Source of the DNA: Octopus sinensis
Lineage: Eukaryota
Length of the DNA stretch: 38,299 nt
Assembly: GCF_006345805.1 (NCBI RefSeq)
Contig: NW_021835796.1
Span: 1 to 38,299, forward strand
Direction of reading: 5' to 3'
Shown here: positions 24,656 through 37,524 of the stretch, piece by piece
Layout of the letters: each line of letters opens with the position of its first letter
How positions within the stretch are numbered: the first letter of the stretch is position 1
The notes under the pieces: generated by a model
What the model was told of the DNA's origin: nothing
Seen by the model: only the letters and a program-made list of their open reading frames with translations
Database searches by the model: none
Position numbers and translations under genes: made by a program

Positions 24656-25256
24656 ATATCGGAGTTATTCAGTTAAATTAACAAGAAATGGTCAAAAATT
24701 ATTGTCGTTGATGCGGCCCCCTGGTGAATTGAAAAGAAAACAAAATTAATTTCTTACTGAACATATCCACCTTAAAAAGAAAAAAAGAAACTTTCAAAAA
24801 TGAAAACTAAATAAATATTTCAGTGATACTATCATGGAATTCTTTCATCAGTTTCTTAATTATTATATGCTAAAAATTCAATACCACTACTAATTCCATC
24901 CTTGATTACTGATAACTCCTTATCGCCAGCTTCGTCATCCCCATCGTTTCCATCTCCGCCGCCGCCGCCATGATTACCTCTACTACTATTACTAACACCA
25001 CAGCCATCAACACCATCGCTATCACATTCACCATCATCATTACCAGCATCGTAACCGTTATTTTTTGTAGCAACTCGAGGTTGCCTTGATCGTTTGCAAA
25101 GCAATGTTGAAGGCTCTGATCAGAGAAAGTCTGAAAGTGTTTTATACTATGTTCGTTATTGAGCAAATTTCATAAATATTAGTTTTAGCGGCCCCAAAAA
25201 AGAGATAATGTGATTGTATGATATTCATGCCTTTTTTCTGGAAAATTCGCTGTCTC

Positions 25257-25295
<39 letters not shown>

Positions 25296-25300
25296 CTGGC

Positions 25301-25603
25301 TCAACTAAGTATGTGTCAGTATTATCAAAATTCAAGTCTTTCAAATGTGTGCGTTTGTGTATAACTGTGTTCACACGCAAGCATGTACATATATATATAT
25401 ATATTATATATATATATATATATAGTTAATCCAAACAAGAAAACACAGAAAAAAACACAGCAACGCGAGGACGTGGAACAATTAAAGTATTATTTGACGC
25501 TCAGGAAAGAAGGGAAGGAGGGTTTAACGTTTCGAGCGGAGCTCTTCGTCGGAAACAAAGGAGAAGGAAAGATCCCGAGAAGGGAAGACAGAGGAAAAAT
25601 TTT

Positions 25604-25644
<41 letters not shown>

Positions 25645-25702
25645 TGTATGTAGATATAGGCAAAATATTGTGTAGAGACGTTTAAACTATTTCATATATG
25701 CT
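25301..25702 (+). repeat. Local duplicate, copy 2, carrying an insert of about 186 bp (25425-25610) in its (TA)n tract
   Basis: Aligns with 23448-23712 apart from the insert. Confidence 0.85.
25522..25556 (-). ncRNA. Minimal type I hammerhead, U4C variant
   Basis: GTTT | CCGACGA | A | GAGC(tcc)GCTC | GAA | ACGT | T | AAAC. All helices pair perfectly. Confidence 0.6.
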
Positions 25703-25915
25703 AGTGAAATTAACGCGCAAGTGGTTGAGCACACCACAGACAGGTGTACCCTCAACATAGTTCTCAAGGAGATTCGACGAGACACAATGTGACAAGACCG
25801 GCATTTTGAATTACAGATAAAATTCATTTTTGCCACCTGAGTGGACTGGAGCAACGGGAATCGAACTCGCAACCTTACGATCGTGAACCGAATACCCTAA
25901 TCACTAAACCACGTG
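25703..25915 (-). mobile_element. tRNA-derived SINE
   Basis: Minus-strand head GGCACGTGGTTTAGTGATTAGGGTATTCGG...GAGTTCGATTCCCG (A and B boxes). Confidence 0.75.
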
Positions 25916-27062
25916 CCTATATATATATATATATACAAACACACACATACATACGTACATACGTGCATATACATATACACAAATATACATACACGCATGC
26001 ATGTATGTGTATATATATATATATTTGTGAATGTATACATACACACACAAGAATGGTATAACACGCGTATTGTACTATTCTTATATCAGTCTTATGCAAA
26101 GATTAGTTCCACACGCCATGCAATATCTCCTACTGTAGGATAATATGTGGTAGTCAGATAACTGCATAAGACCTCTTAAATACACTTTACAAGGTTTTTA
26201 CCCGAATTATACTAAATTTATATACATTATTTATGCATATAAATTGGTACTAAATTATATATATATATGTACAACAGGATAAATGGACTCAAAACAAAAG
26301 TTTATATATGTTTTCTATAATTTCTAAACAGTGGAAGTTGCAAAATGACTTTTTGAGAGACGAAAGTTTCATGCATTACAACTACAATGAAGAAGCTATA
26401 TTCTTTGACATAAGGAACCTGGTATTTTGTTGGACACTCTACAGGATTAAAAACAAAACCTGTAAAAGGGTGGATAAATTCAGTAGAGTAATCAGCCAAC
26501 CAACAGCTGAGAGTGAGAAACCCCTAGTCTTTGTTTAATACAGACGACTTCATCTGCATCCAATGATGTTATCTAGTCCTTTTGAAGCAAATGCATACGT
26601 TGTTAAATGGGAGAGAGTGGTTCTGTGTAAGGTCTTTTCTCACTTCTGTTAGTTTCAGGCATAGGCTTTGCTTGATTTTTCTTTTCAACATCTCTATTTA
26701 TATCTCTATAATGTGTTGTATGTTATGGCTGGCCATAGCCGAAAAAAGGCGAAAATACTCGATGAATTATTTCATGAAGGAATAAAGATATGTGTCCACC
26801 TGAGTTGTAAGCTCTTTGAAAACCTGCAACAAGAGGAGCCCAATATTATTGCATGTGAGCAAAAGAGTGTTGATCCTTAGCAGAACTTAAAACTATATCC
26901 ACGATACTCAGGCTTAAGAGAAGAAACGACGTTATTGCTCGAAATTGAATTGTACTCATCATATATCAGCATGTAGAGAATTCACGAAAAAACAAAAGAC
27001 GAAGACAGGTGGTGTAGAAAACAAATAGATGTATTAGTATAACGCTCGGGAATTGAAAAAGT

Positions 27063-27098
27063 CTTTAACGTTTCGAGCCTACGCTCTTCCACAGAAAG
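27063..27098 (-). ncRNA. Minimal type I hammerhead, A6U variant, in a Penelope-like fragment (about 26975-27170)
   Basis: CTTT | CTGTGGA | A | GAGC(gtag)GCTC | GAA | ACGT | T | AAAG. All helices pair perfectly. The sister copy at 10601 also has T at position 6. Confidence 0.6.
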
Positions 27099-28959
27099 GA
27101 ACACAAAAACAAACAAGGAGAGAAAAAAAATGTGTGTAGTGGCTACCGATCTATCATGGCGAATGATAGAATATAATATATGTACTTACGACTAAGGTTT
27201 CCAGAAGCAAAGTCATATAATTTGTTACTCTAAGACCAACGGAAATCAGTAGAAGTGAGATGAGAAATAAAGACAGCAGGTAACCAACGTTAAACATTAC
27301 CAGTGGCGTGTCTTAACTCATATATACTTAACACTTTAGTTTCCAGAATCAATATCTCATAGTTTTATTCTAATAATTAATATAGCATATCACAATTTGG
27401 ATATCATATAAGTTGTTTGGTATTTTTGATTTGTTGTTGGTCTTTTTTTTTTATTTGAACTTCATCTGAGATTGACTTTATGTTTCTAATCTTTCATCCG
27501 AACACAACCTCGATTCCTTTGAAATATCCATAGTTGAGAATATCAATCCTATTTAAAGAATATACAAGTCTTTTGATAGTTCTTTGATTTTGATATAAAA
27601 GTCGAGATAAAACGTATCGAAAGGATCTATCGCAAATGGGTGGTTCTAAAGTCTTTCACATGTTTGGCTCATTGAATATTGTATGGCATTCTGTATTTTC
27701 TATCAGCAGAAATAAGTGCTTATGTGTGTGCGTGCGTGTGTGTGTGTGTGTGTGTGTGTATGAATGTATATATGTACGTATGTATGCGTGGCTATCATAC
27801 GTGTGTGTTGTGTTTGTGAATACGAATATGTATGTATATGTATGAATGTATGCATGTATGTATGTATGTATATGTATATATATACATATAAATATATATA
27901 CATATACACAAATACACATACATTCTAGTTTGTGTCAACGAGCATGCATTTATGTTCATTCATTTATGCATATATATGCATATGCATATACGCATATATA
28001 TACACATATTTACATACATACATACGCGTGCGCGCTCACACACACACATTTGCACGTGCATACATACTATATTGATGCATATAAAATACAAAATGTAGGC
28101 GGCAAGCCAATGTAGATAAATATCATAAATATCATAAATATCATATACAAATCACGATTAATCCTTTTCTTTTTTTTTTTTTTTACCTTTACTGCACTTC
28201 CTGAATATCTTTCAGAGCATTGTCGTTATTCTTTTTATTTTTTTTAATGAGCTAACATGAAATATGAATTTATTTTATGTTGCAAATCGATTGGAAAACA
28301 TCAATAATCGCAATATACTAAAGAAGCATAATTACTGAGCCTTTATTTGTCGTAGTAGTCGTTTTTTATGTTTAAATGCAGACGATTGTCGTAATCGCTG
28401 TTATCATTTATATATGATGTAACAGATATATTCGTATTTATGTCTGCGTTGAAAGAAATTCCAATATTTTAAATATAAGATACGACAATATCTTATGATG
28501 TTTTTTTTTTTCTCTTTTGAAACTCTACACAGACCTGTGGATAAGTAAGCTTGCTTCTCTAATCACGTGGTTTAGCTTTTGATTCAATCACATTGAACAA
28601 CATACTTCGAAAAGTGTTTCTTACTCTGGCTTTGTATGGAAAATTAGGTCGACGGAAACTACAAGGAAGCTTAACTTATGGCTGTCTTCGCATTTGTTGG
28701 TAGGCTTAATTGGTTGTTTTGGTTTAACACCATCACGTAAGCTTTGAGAGCCTTTATTTGGAGTACAGATTTTGAAAGCTTTTAGACACGTTCAATGTTG
28801 CTAGGATAATTTGATATCTCAGTTCACAATACTAATACATTAGGCATGGTTTCTTCTCCCACACCCAGTCTTAGGGATCCTCCCTGCATAAAAGGCCATG
28901 GATGGTAACCTTGATCTTTTGACTAAGCCATACAAATTACTGATTTCTTACTTGGGCAC

Positions 28960-29130
28960 ACGGTTTCAAATTTGGAGACAGGAAACATTCGATTACATCG
29001 ATCTCACTACTTGACTACTACGTTTTATCGACCCCTGAATGATGAAATTCAAAGTTGACTTCGGCGAAAGTCCGGAATAGCTACCACAAGACATTTTATT
29101 TGACGCTTTAATAATTCTGTCCAGGGATAT
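28960..29130 (-). mobile_element. Family A SINE, diverged
   Basis: TTTCAAATTTGG...TCGATTACATCGATC...TTTATCGACCCC...AAAGTTGACTTCGGCG. Confidence 0.6.
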
Positions 29131-29639
29131 CATTAAAAGCCCTCAAAATAATATCAATATAACAATTCTGCCTATCAATTAAAAAGCCCACTTAAACATT
29201 ATATTAACATGACTGCAATTGTAGCAGTTAAACGGGTTTCAGCTTCAAAGTAAAGAGGTTTATTAAATGATAAATTATAAACGTTCTATTTCAGACATTT
29301 TTTTTACTGTCTTCAGTCACAGGGACATGTGGTTATTTTCAAATCAATCAATGAAGGGGCCTCAACGTAATTGATCAACTTATTAGAGATAGTAGCAAAA
29401 TCTCTCTCAAATCACACTGTACGGTCTTAAAGAAAAGGATTCGTAATATTGCTCTAGATATAATCTCTGAAAATGGACTGGATAATGGTGGTTACAACGT
29501 CTTTAATCATTGTTTTACTCAATCAAAATTGTCCTTTGCTTAAGCAAAAACAGCATCAGCTATATGCAAAGAAAGTTAATCCATCCGATAAGAAAACCAT
29601 CTTTCATTAATTAGCATAATATGTATTTAGTATATATCT

Positions 29640-30167
29640 CTTATCATTTGCTTGCTTCAGTCATTTGACAACGGCCATGATGGGGCACCGCATTGAAGAT
29701 GTTTTAGTCTAATGAATCGAGCTTAGGACTTATTTTTTTAAAGCCTGGTACTTATTCTATCGGTCTCTTCTGCCGAACCGCTAAGTTACGGGACACACCA
29801 ACACCAATACATATACGACGGGCTTCTTTTAGTTTCCATCTACCAAATCCTCTCATAATGATTTTGTCGGCCCAAGGCTATAGTGAAAGACGTTCACCGA
29901 AAGTATCATGCAGTGGGACTGAACCATGTGATTGGGAAGCAAGCTTTTTACCTCACAGCCATGCCTGCGCCTATGTCACGCCTATACTCTTTACTCTTTT
30001 ACTTGTTTCAATCATTTGACTGCGGCCATGCTGGAGCACCGCCTTTAATCGAGAAACTCGACCCGGGACTTATTCTTTGTAAGCCCAGTACTTATTCTAT
30101 CGGTCTCTTTTGCCGAACCGCTAAGTGACGGGGACGTAAACACACCAGCATCGGGGGACAAACACAG

Positions 30168-30212
<45 letters not shown>

Positions 30213-30397
30213 TATATATATACATATATACGACAGGCTTCTTTCAGTTTCCGTCTACCAAATCCACTCACAAGGCATTGGTCGGCCCGGGGCTATAGCA
30301 GAAGACACTTGCCCAAGATGCCGCGCAGTGGGATTGAACCCGGAACCATGTGGTTGGTTAGCAAGCTACTTACCACACAGCCACTCCTGCGCCTATG
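29640..30397 (-). mobile_element. Two tandem family B tRNA-derived SINEs (29640-29975 diverged; 29985-30397 well preserved, with an internal (CA)n tract)
   Basis: Minus-strand head CATAGGCGCAGGAGTGGCTGTGTGG (A box) ... GGTTCAATCCC (B box), with a 3' tail GGCGGTGCTCCAGCATGGCCGCAG. Confidence 0.85.
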
Positions 30398-30935
30398 CCT
30401 ATATAACTAATCATTAGATATCTTCGCGATAATGATCGTATCTTCTAACCCTACTGAATCCATTTAAACTCTAATACAAATACATTGTTCATGTCTCCAG
30501 TATCTTTCTGCAGAGCTTCACGTTAAACACCATCTATAAAGTTTGTTTTGTAAGTCGGGATTTTAAACCGGGCAACTGATTAAGCCTACGATTGCATACG
30601 TTTCCCAGTTGATAGTTGTTGCGCTTTCTTTCTCTATCTGACACATACTCGTTGTTCCGTTGACTCAAAGATGGTAGGGCCGAGGAGGCGGCCATGTCTG
30701 CTCCCAATTGCAGAGATACGTAAAACAAGGAAAGCGTGGTACTAGTCATCAGGTCATACACGCTTGCAAGAGACAGCTAACAGGAGCAATAACATATATA
30801 TTCCATTCTATCTATGTAGACTCATACATCTTATTATTATGTACACACACACACACATGCATACACACATACACACGCACACACAAACACAATATATATA
30901 TATATTATAATGTTATTATAATATTATATATATAT

Positions 30936-30999
<64 letters not shown>

Positions 31000-31086
31000 C
31001 AATGAAAAATTGTAAAAATGCAGAATGCTCGATTGAAAGAAAATTTTAATGAATTGAGAAAATGAAAAAATATAGAAATATATATT

Positions 31087-31128
31087 TATTCAAACCGGTT
31101 TTCGTCATAGTTTGACTTATCAAGAATA
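31087..31128 (-). ncRNA. Minimal type I hammerhead, U3:A8 core variant
   Basis: TATTC | TTGATAA | GTCA(aacta)TGAC | GAA | AACCGGTT | T | GAATA. Helices I and II pair perfectly and helix III is a perfect 8-nt palindrome. Confidence 0.7.
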
Positions 31129-31681
31129 GTTAGGTGAATGCATACATGCATACACACACATACCATATGTGTGTGTGAGTCTGTATACACATGTGTATAT
31201 ATATATATGTATATATATATATTTATAATGTATACATACACCACACATACACACACACATGTATGTATGTGTATGCATATTTCGCATAGAGAGAGGGGGG
31301 AAATAAAGTGAAAGAAATATACAGCGATACGATATTCAGCATAAGAGGTACAAGATGAGTCCTTATACTGAGCTTGGTGACAGGCAATAAGTAGACTGCG
31401 ATTATATTAATAAACTTTCGAAATTAATAACATATTCATTGCATATATATAATGATTAATTCTATGTATTTAACTTTATTCTAAGGTAATAAATAGTTTT
31501 CGTTTGAAAGTTAGTGTTCATTACATCATTTTCTATACGCACGAAGAAACTCAGGAAAAGCGGAAAAGGTTTTTGTCCTCTTCTTCAGAAAGGAATGAGA
31601 AGAGGAAACAATTGGAGAGACGAAAAACAATGGAGAGAAAAAAAAAAGCGTCTGGATTTACGTTTTCACACACAGCCACCG

Positions 31682-32292
<611 letters not shown>

Positions 32293-32784
32293 ATTACGCA
32301 TTCAGACGAAATATTCAATAATAATTTTTTTAAAAAGAATTGTTTTTTCATCTTGAAGGCATATTTAAAATCTCGTCTTTATCCATGTAAAAACAAAAAC
32401 AAAAAAAATTAAAAACATAGCTTAATTCACACTGTTTCATATTGAAATTTAACTTTGAGGGTTGATAATAAACAAACATGGGATGGGCACGGAGGCTACC
32501 AAGCGTTGTAGAGACAAATAGTCGCCTAATAATTAAGCTTGTTTGGTATAGGTATGTGATGGAGCTTTTTTTTTTCTTGTTTTGTTACCTTTTCAGGTTC
32601 TTTTGATTTTTCATTCGGTTGTGAAGTTACTTTAGTTCTTAAAAAAACATGCAACTTTTATTCCTTATATCCAGTTTAATAGACAAGTATACATCACAAT
32701 CAAATATATAAACATGCTATAGATTAAAAGGAGATAATACAAAAATTCCCTTTTTTTGTTGTCTCAGTACGTATCAACATTTAT

Positions 32785-33340
32785 TAAGGCGGCGAACTGG
32801 CTGAATCGTTAGTACGCCAAACAAAATGCTTCTCAGCATTCCTCCGTCTTTATATTTTGAGTTCAAATTCCGCCCAAGTCGACTCTATTTTTTTTATCCT
32901 TTCGGGGTCAATAAAATAAGTACCAGTTGAGCACTGAGGTCGATTTAATCGACTTACTCCTTCCTCCGAAATTGTTGGCATTGTGTAAAAAATTTGAAAT
33001 CAGTATATCAACATTAATAAGGCAGCGAGTTGGCTGAATGGTTAGCACTCTGGGTAAAATGCCTCGCGGCATTTCGCCCGTCTTTACATTCTAAGTTCAA
33101 ATTCCGTCGAGGTCGACTTTACTTTTTGTCCTTATATTCCCTTCCAAATGTGTCAGATACAAACATACATACAAGCATACACACACACACACACACATAC
33201 ATACATACATTTACTTTTTATCCTTTCGGGGTCGATAAAATAAGTACCATTTGAGCACTGGGGTCGATTTAATCGATTTACTGCTTCCCCCGAAATTGCT
33301 GGCCCTGTGCCAAAAAATTGAAACTAATATATCAACCCTT
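32785..33340 (+). mobile_element. Two tandem family A SINEs; the second is interrupted by a templated insertion
   Basis: Heads AAGGCGGCGAACTGGCTGAATCG (32786) and AAGGCAGCGAGTTGGCTGAATGG (33019). Confidence 0.85.
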
Positions 33341-33419
33341 ATTAGACAATAATAATTTCACTTAAATAGGTATTCAAATTTTGATAAAAAATATTCCCTT
33401 CCAAATGTGTCAGATACAA

Positions 33420-33665
33420 AAATACATACAAGCATACATACATACATACATACATACATACATACATACATACATACATACATACATACACACATTCACA
33501 CATACATAAATACATACATACATACATACACACATTCACACATACATAAATACATACATACATACATCCATACATACATGCATACATACATACATACACA
33601 CATTCACACATACATAAATACATACATGCATACATACACACATTCACACATACATACATACATAC
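33420..33665. repeat. (TACA)n compound microsatellite
   Basis: Directly visible. Confidence 0.9.
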
Positions 33666-34664
33666 ATGACAGCTTGTGTTGAGTTCCACGATTCTTGTGG
33701 CTCAAGCCAGGGAAAGATAACTCCACTGATGCGCACTCGATAAAAGTGCTCGAAGACAAACTCATTAATGGTTTATGGGTCACAGCGTGACTCAATCTCA
33801 CCTTTTGTTATTACCTTTTTACTTGTTAAATTTAAATTTGCCTGGAATGCATACAGTGCAACGCAGACGTCTTTGATCAAGCTTAATACCAGCAGCTGTT
33901 TGTTTAAGACTTGGATACGTTGAATCAATATATATATATATATATAGTTTTAGATGGGTGAGCGAGGAGCAGTATTTACTGTCTGATTGCAAGAATTTCT
34001 TTAGAAATATTTCCTGTTTTTATCCAAACGACAAAAAGAAAAGAAAAAGAAAAGAACAAAATCAAAAAGCAACAAAAAGCAATATAAAACAAGACAAAAC
34101 AACAAAAAAAGCAAAATAAAAATAAGAAAAAGCCTAACAAAACAAAACCACATTTGTAAACAAAAGGACGCATTGAGAATCCCCTGTAGTTATTAACAAC
34201 AACAAAATCAACAACAGCCACAACAACAATAAAAAATAACAGCAACAACAACAACAGCAAAAATCTACAACAATTACTATAATTATCTTGCTCCTTAATA
34301 TCATCATCATCATCATCATCGACAACATTATCACGAAAATCACTCCTCCCACCACCACAACCACCACCACCGCCGCCCCACCGCCGTCGCCACCGCCACC
34401 GTCGTCGCGGCCATCGCTATCGCCAACGCCACCACGTTCAACACAGAGTTAGTAGTTCTGTTGACTTAACGTAGTTATTTGTATTTATGATCAGAGGTTG
34501 GTATGGATCATGTTGGCTTTCTTGTTGTTATTGTTGTTGTTGATAGGAGTAAATTGAATGGCGTTTCTGCTTAGTCAAGAGTTTGTTTACACATTCACAC
34601 TTCTTTATGTCTGTCTTAATTTCCCTTCATACATACTTACATATATACAAACACATACACACTC

Positions 34665-34697
<33 letters not shown>

Positions 34698-35369
34698 TAT
34701 ATGTGCATATATATACATACACACGCACGCACATATATATACATACACACACAGGACATATATATATATGCATATAGATACACTCACACATACACAAGCA
34801 CACACACACACACACACATATATATAAGACAAGTACATGAATATGGAGATTAGTACACCTGTATGTTTTTTTTTAAATTTCTACTATCAATTATACAGTA
34901 TCTTTCAGTTAAATATCACTGACGTACATTCTACTGCATAGAAATCTCGCAATTGCATTTGCATCCAGTTACTTTCGACTGGTTATTAGTCTATGTAACT
35001 TTATTCAAGGTCTGTTCACTGGCGTGGACTGAAGCATAGTTTAAGTTTCACCTTCTGCTAAAACGTTAATCGGTTGCTTAAACGTACTTTCTTTATTTTA
35101 TATTATTGACTTTTCAATTCATTCGGACTTACCCTTATGTGGTGGCTAACCTGTGAATTCCTTACAGCAATGTAAACAACTTCATTGAGGTAATTCCAGC
35201 ATAATGGGTAGGTATACAGAGGAGAGTTCGTTACGTAATACTTGCATAACGAGCTTCAGCTAATTTAGAAACATATGTAACTTACGTTTTACCTGTTCTA
35301 TTCCTTTAAATTTTGGATTTCATTCGCATTTCTATCAGCACTAGTTGCTAACTGATTTGTATAGAAAGT

Positions 35370-36325
35370 ATCGGCTTCGTGTTTCGCATTGAAGTCGAGT
35401 GCCAATCTCGCTGCGAGCACATCGGTCACGATGCCTTTTCTAAACACCTTATCTGGCTTCCTGACTAACTCTATCATTACTTAATTTCTTTTTATGTTAT
35501 TCATTTGGTAAACCTCATTGATAATATTCTAATCATCCTCTTCAGAGCGAACCACCATTTGTTGTTGACGATTGACTCCGTCAACGCTTCATTAACTAAT
35601 TCGCTAATCCGGTCTCTAAAATCTTTGCGCGTCTAGAAGGACGTATTCAGCTTCCAGTTACCAGGTCCATGTCTATGGAGACTAAATTGACAGTCGACTA
35701 CTTTAAATTGTGAATAATTTATGCTATCCTTTAATAATTTATGCTATCGAGAAACGATCTGGATGACCCGATGCGGTTTGACCAGGCCTACACTGGCACA
35801 TCAAGGAAATCCAGTCGATGCCCGTCAGACAGTTGAAACCGTCTCAGCAGGTTTACGAGGGTTTCACACTCTCACCCCTGTCTGTTAAGTCCATACAGTC
35901 CTAGCGTGCATCTACGATCCCGTGCCAGTCTCCCACTAATAATGAAGAATGGCACGTTCCCAGAACAGTTTCCAGATGCTTGAAGAAATCTGGTCGTCCT
36001 GCCCCTGTCGAGTCATAAACGTCAACTGGCCTGAAAGCGTGTTCTTCACTACGGGTCACGTCCAGCACCACCGACTAACCTTCCGGGTATTGTTCTTATC
36101 ACGAAATAAGATGGCGACTCTGCTTCCTGTTCTCGGACGACTTGGAGATAAGTACATATAATCTCCGAAAATGTGTTCGAAGTCTTTCTCATAGCCCAGA
36201 AATTCTGGTCTCACTGATGGCCTGCACATCAACGTTCAGTGACCTGAAGTCGTTGAGCAGATGATCCTACTTCCCAGGCGACCCCAGGCTACATGCATTC
36301 ACACTGCGTATTCTGAACAAGATCA
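35370..36325 (-). mobile_element. L1/Tx1-like LINE ORF2 remnant (APE endonuclease and following region)
   Basis: Conceptual translation: FRIRSVNACSLG...DVQAISETR...LLVGDWHGIVD...WSNRIGSSRSFLD...GPGNWKLNTS...NNKWWFALK. These are APE motifs plus the L1-type WKLN motif, with many stops. Confidence 0.8.
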
Positions 36326-36942
36326 CGTTCCTGGGATAAAAATAAATGTGACAAGGAAAACCTACTTGGAAAATCTTTTGTGGTTTGTCTGTCTCTTCGG
36401 TTTGATTAGGGTATCTCCACTAACAAATCACTAAGTATTCGGTTGGTTACGTTCCCTCGAAAGTTTCTTTTGGGGGTTTAATTTTTAAGTGTGTGTATGT
36501 GTCTTGTGCAATTCGGATTATTTGTATGCACGTAGATATGGTGATTGTAGGTGTTATAAAATCTGTTTGTGTTATGTTGGTGTGTGTTTTTATGTAATTC
36601 ATGAAATCTGCGGAGTTTTTTTGTGCTTTTTGCCATGTAGTGTGTTATGCTGCTTTTAAAAAATTTTGTGTTTGCTTTTGTTGCTGTTGCTGATTTTGTT
36701 GTTATTGTGCATGTGAGAGGGGTTGTGCTTGTGGTGTTGGTGGTGTAGTGGCATTTCAGGTGTTTATGACAGTGGTGGCGTGTTTGTTTTCTGCTTTTTT
36801 TTTTTTTGCCTTGCGGCTTTTACTTTTTTCGTCTCGGATGAAGTTTGTTTCTTTATCTGTTGTTGATTTGTCTTTCTGTTTGTCTTTTCTCCTTTTAGTT
36901 TTTCTTTTCCACTCCTCGTCCTTTTAATAGAAACGCTGCATG

Positions 36943-37524
36943 TCATGTTTGACCGTTCGAAATTGAGAAGTGGCAAACCTTGTACTGGCGTTGAGAAATG
37001 ACTTGAGGAATCCGTTGTTGCTTTGGTGGGAACTGGTGTTGCAGTGGCTGTTGTTGTTGTTGGAAATTTCTACTGTTTCTATTAATGTTGCAGCTCGTGT
37101 TGTTGGCGGGGGTTGTTGTTGGTGATTGTTTTGTTGATGACGGTGTTGTTGACGATGGTGTTGTTGCTTTTTGGACTTTGGTGGCTGTTGTTGGTGTATT
37201 TCTTGGTGTTGGGAGAAGAGAGGTTATCTTCTCTTTCGCCTTCAATTTAGGACAGAAAGCTTTTAGGCATGTGGTCGAAAGGCAGATGTAACACACGAAT
37301 GACTTCAGTTTCTTTACGTTTTTATCATTGGTGTCGTTGCTGTTGGGTTCCGCAATTTTTCTCGTGTGATTCACTTCAATCTGAGCGTTATTGTTGTTGA
37401 TGAAGTTGTTGTTGACAGAATTGGTCTTCAAGAGTTCTTTCTTGAAATATTCTGCCTTGTCAACAATTTCAACGTTGCTCTTGTTTAAAATAGACTTGTC
37501 TGTTTTTTTCTTAGGGGACGACAT
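36943..37524 (-). CDS. 193-aa gag/ORF1-like ORF with a zinc-knuckle-like CX2CX4CX4C motif, probably retroelement-derived
   Basis: Open ATG-to-stop frame containing CYICLSTTCLKAFC (37293-37252) and low-complexity T/P/Q tails. It lies about 600 bp upstream of, and co-oriented with, the LINE ORF2 remnant. Confidence 0.45.
   Translation of the reverse strand: MSSPKKKTDKSILNKSNVEIVDKAEYFKKELLKTNSVNNNFINNNNAQIEVNHTRKIAEPNSNDTNDKNVKKLKSFVCYICLSTTCLKAFCPKLKAKEKITSLLPTPRNTPTTATKVQKATTPSSTTPSSTKQSPTTTPANNTSCNINRNSRNFQQQQQPLQHQFPPKQQRIPQVISQRQYKVCHFSISNGQT

Noticed and set aside
25990-26190. Minus-strand frame containing CMACG, considered as the missing LIM1 exon
   Set aside because: No WH..C motif, wrong ligand spacing, and it runs into a microsatellite.
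26300-26880. Cluster of short non-repetitive ORFs on both strands
   Set aside because: No recognisable motif or consistent splice signals. Possibly an old TE, but this is unsupported.
28740-28920. Possible LINE RT remnant on the minus strand (CISIVN*DIK)
   Set aside because: The similarity to the PISLLN.D.K motif is too short and degenerate to call.
35127-35260. Strong minus-strand donor AAGG|GTAAGT at 35133/35132
   Set aside because: The upstream sequence encodes nothing LIM-like. It could be a UTR exon, but a single motif is not enough support.
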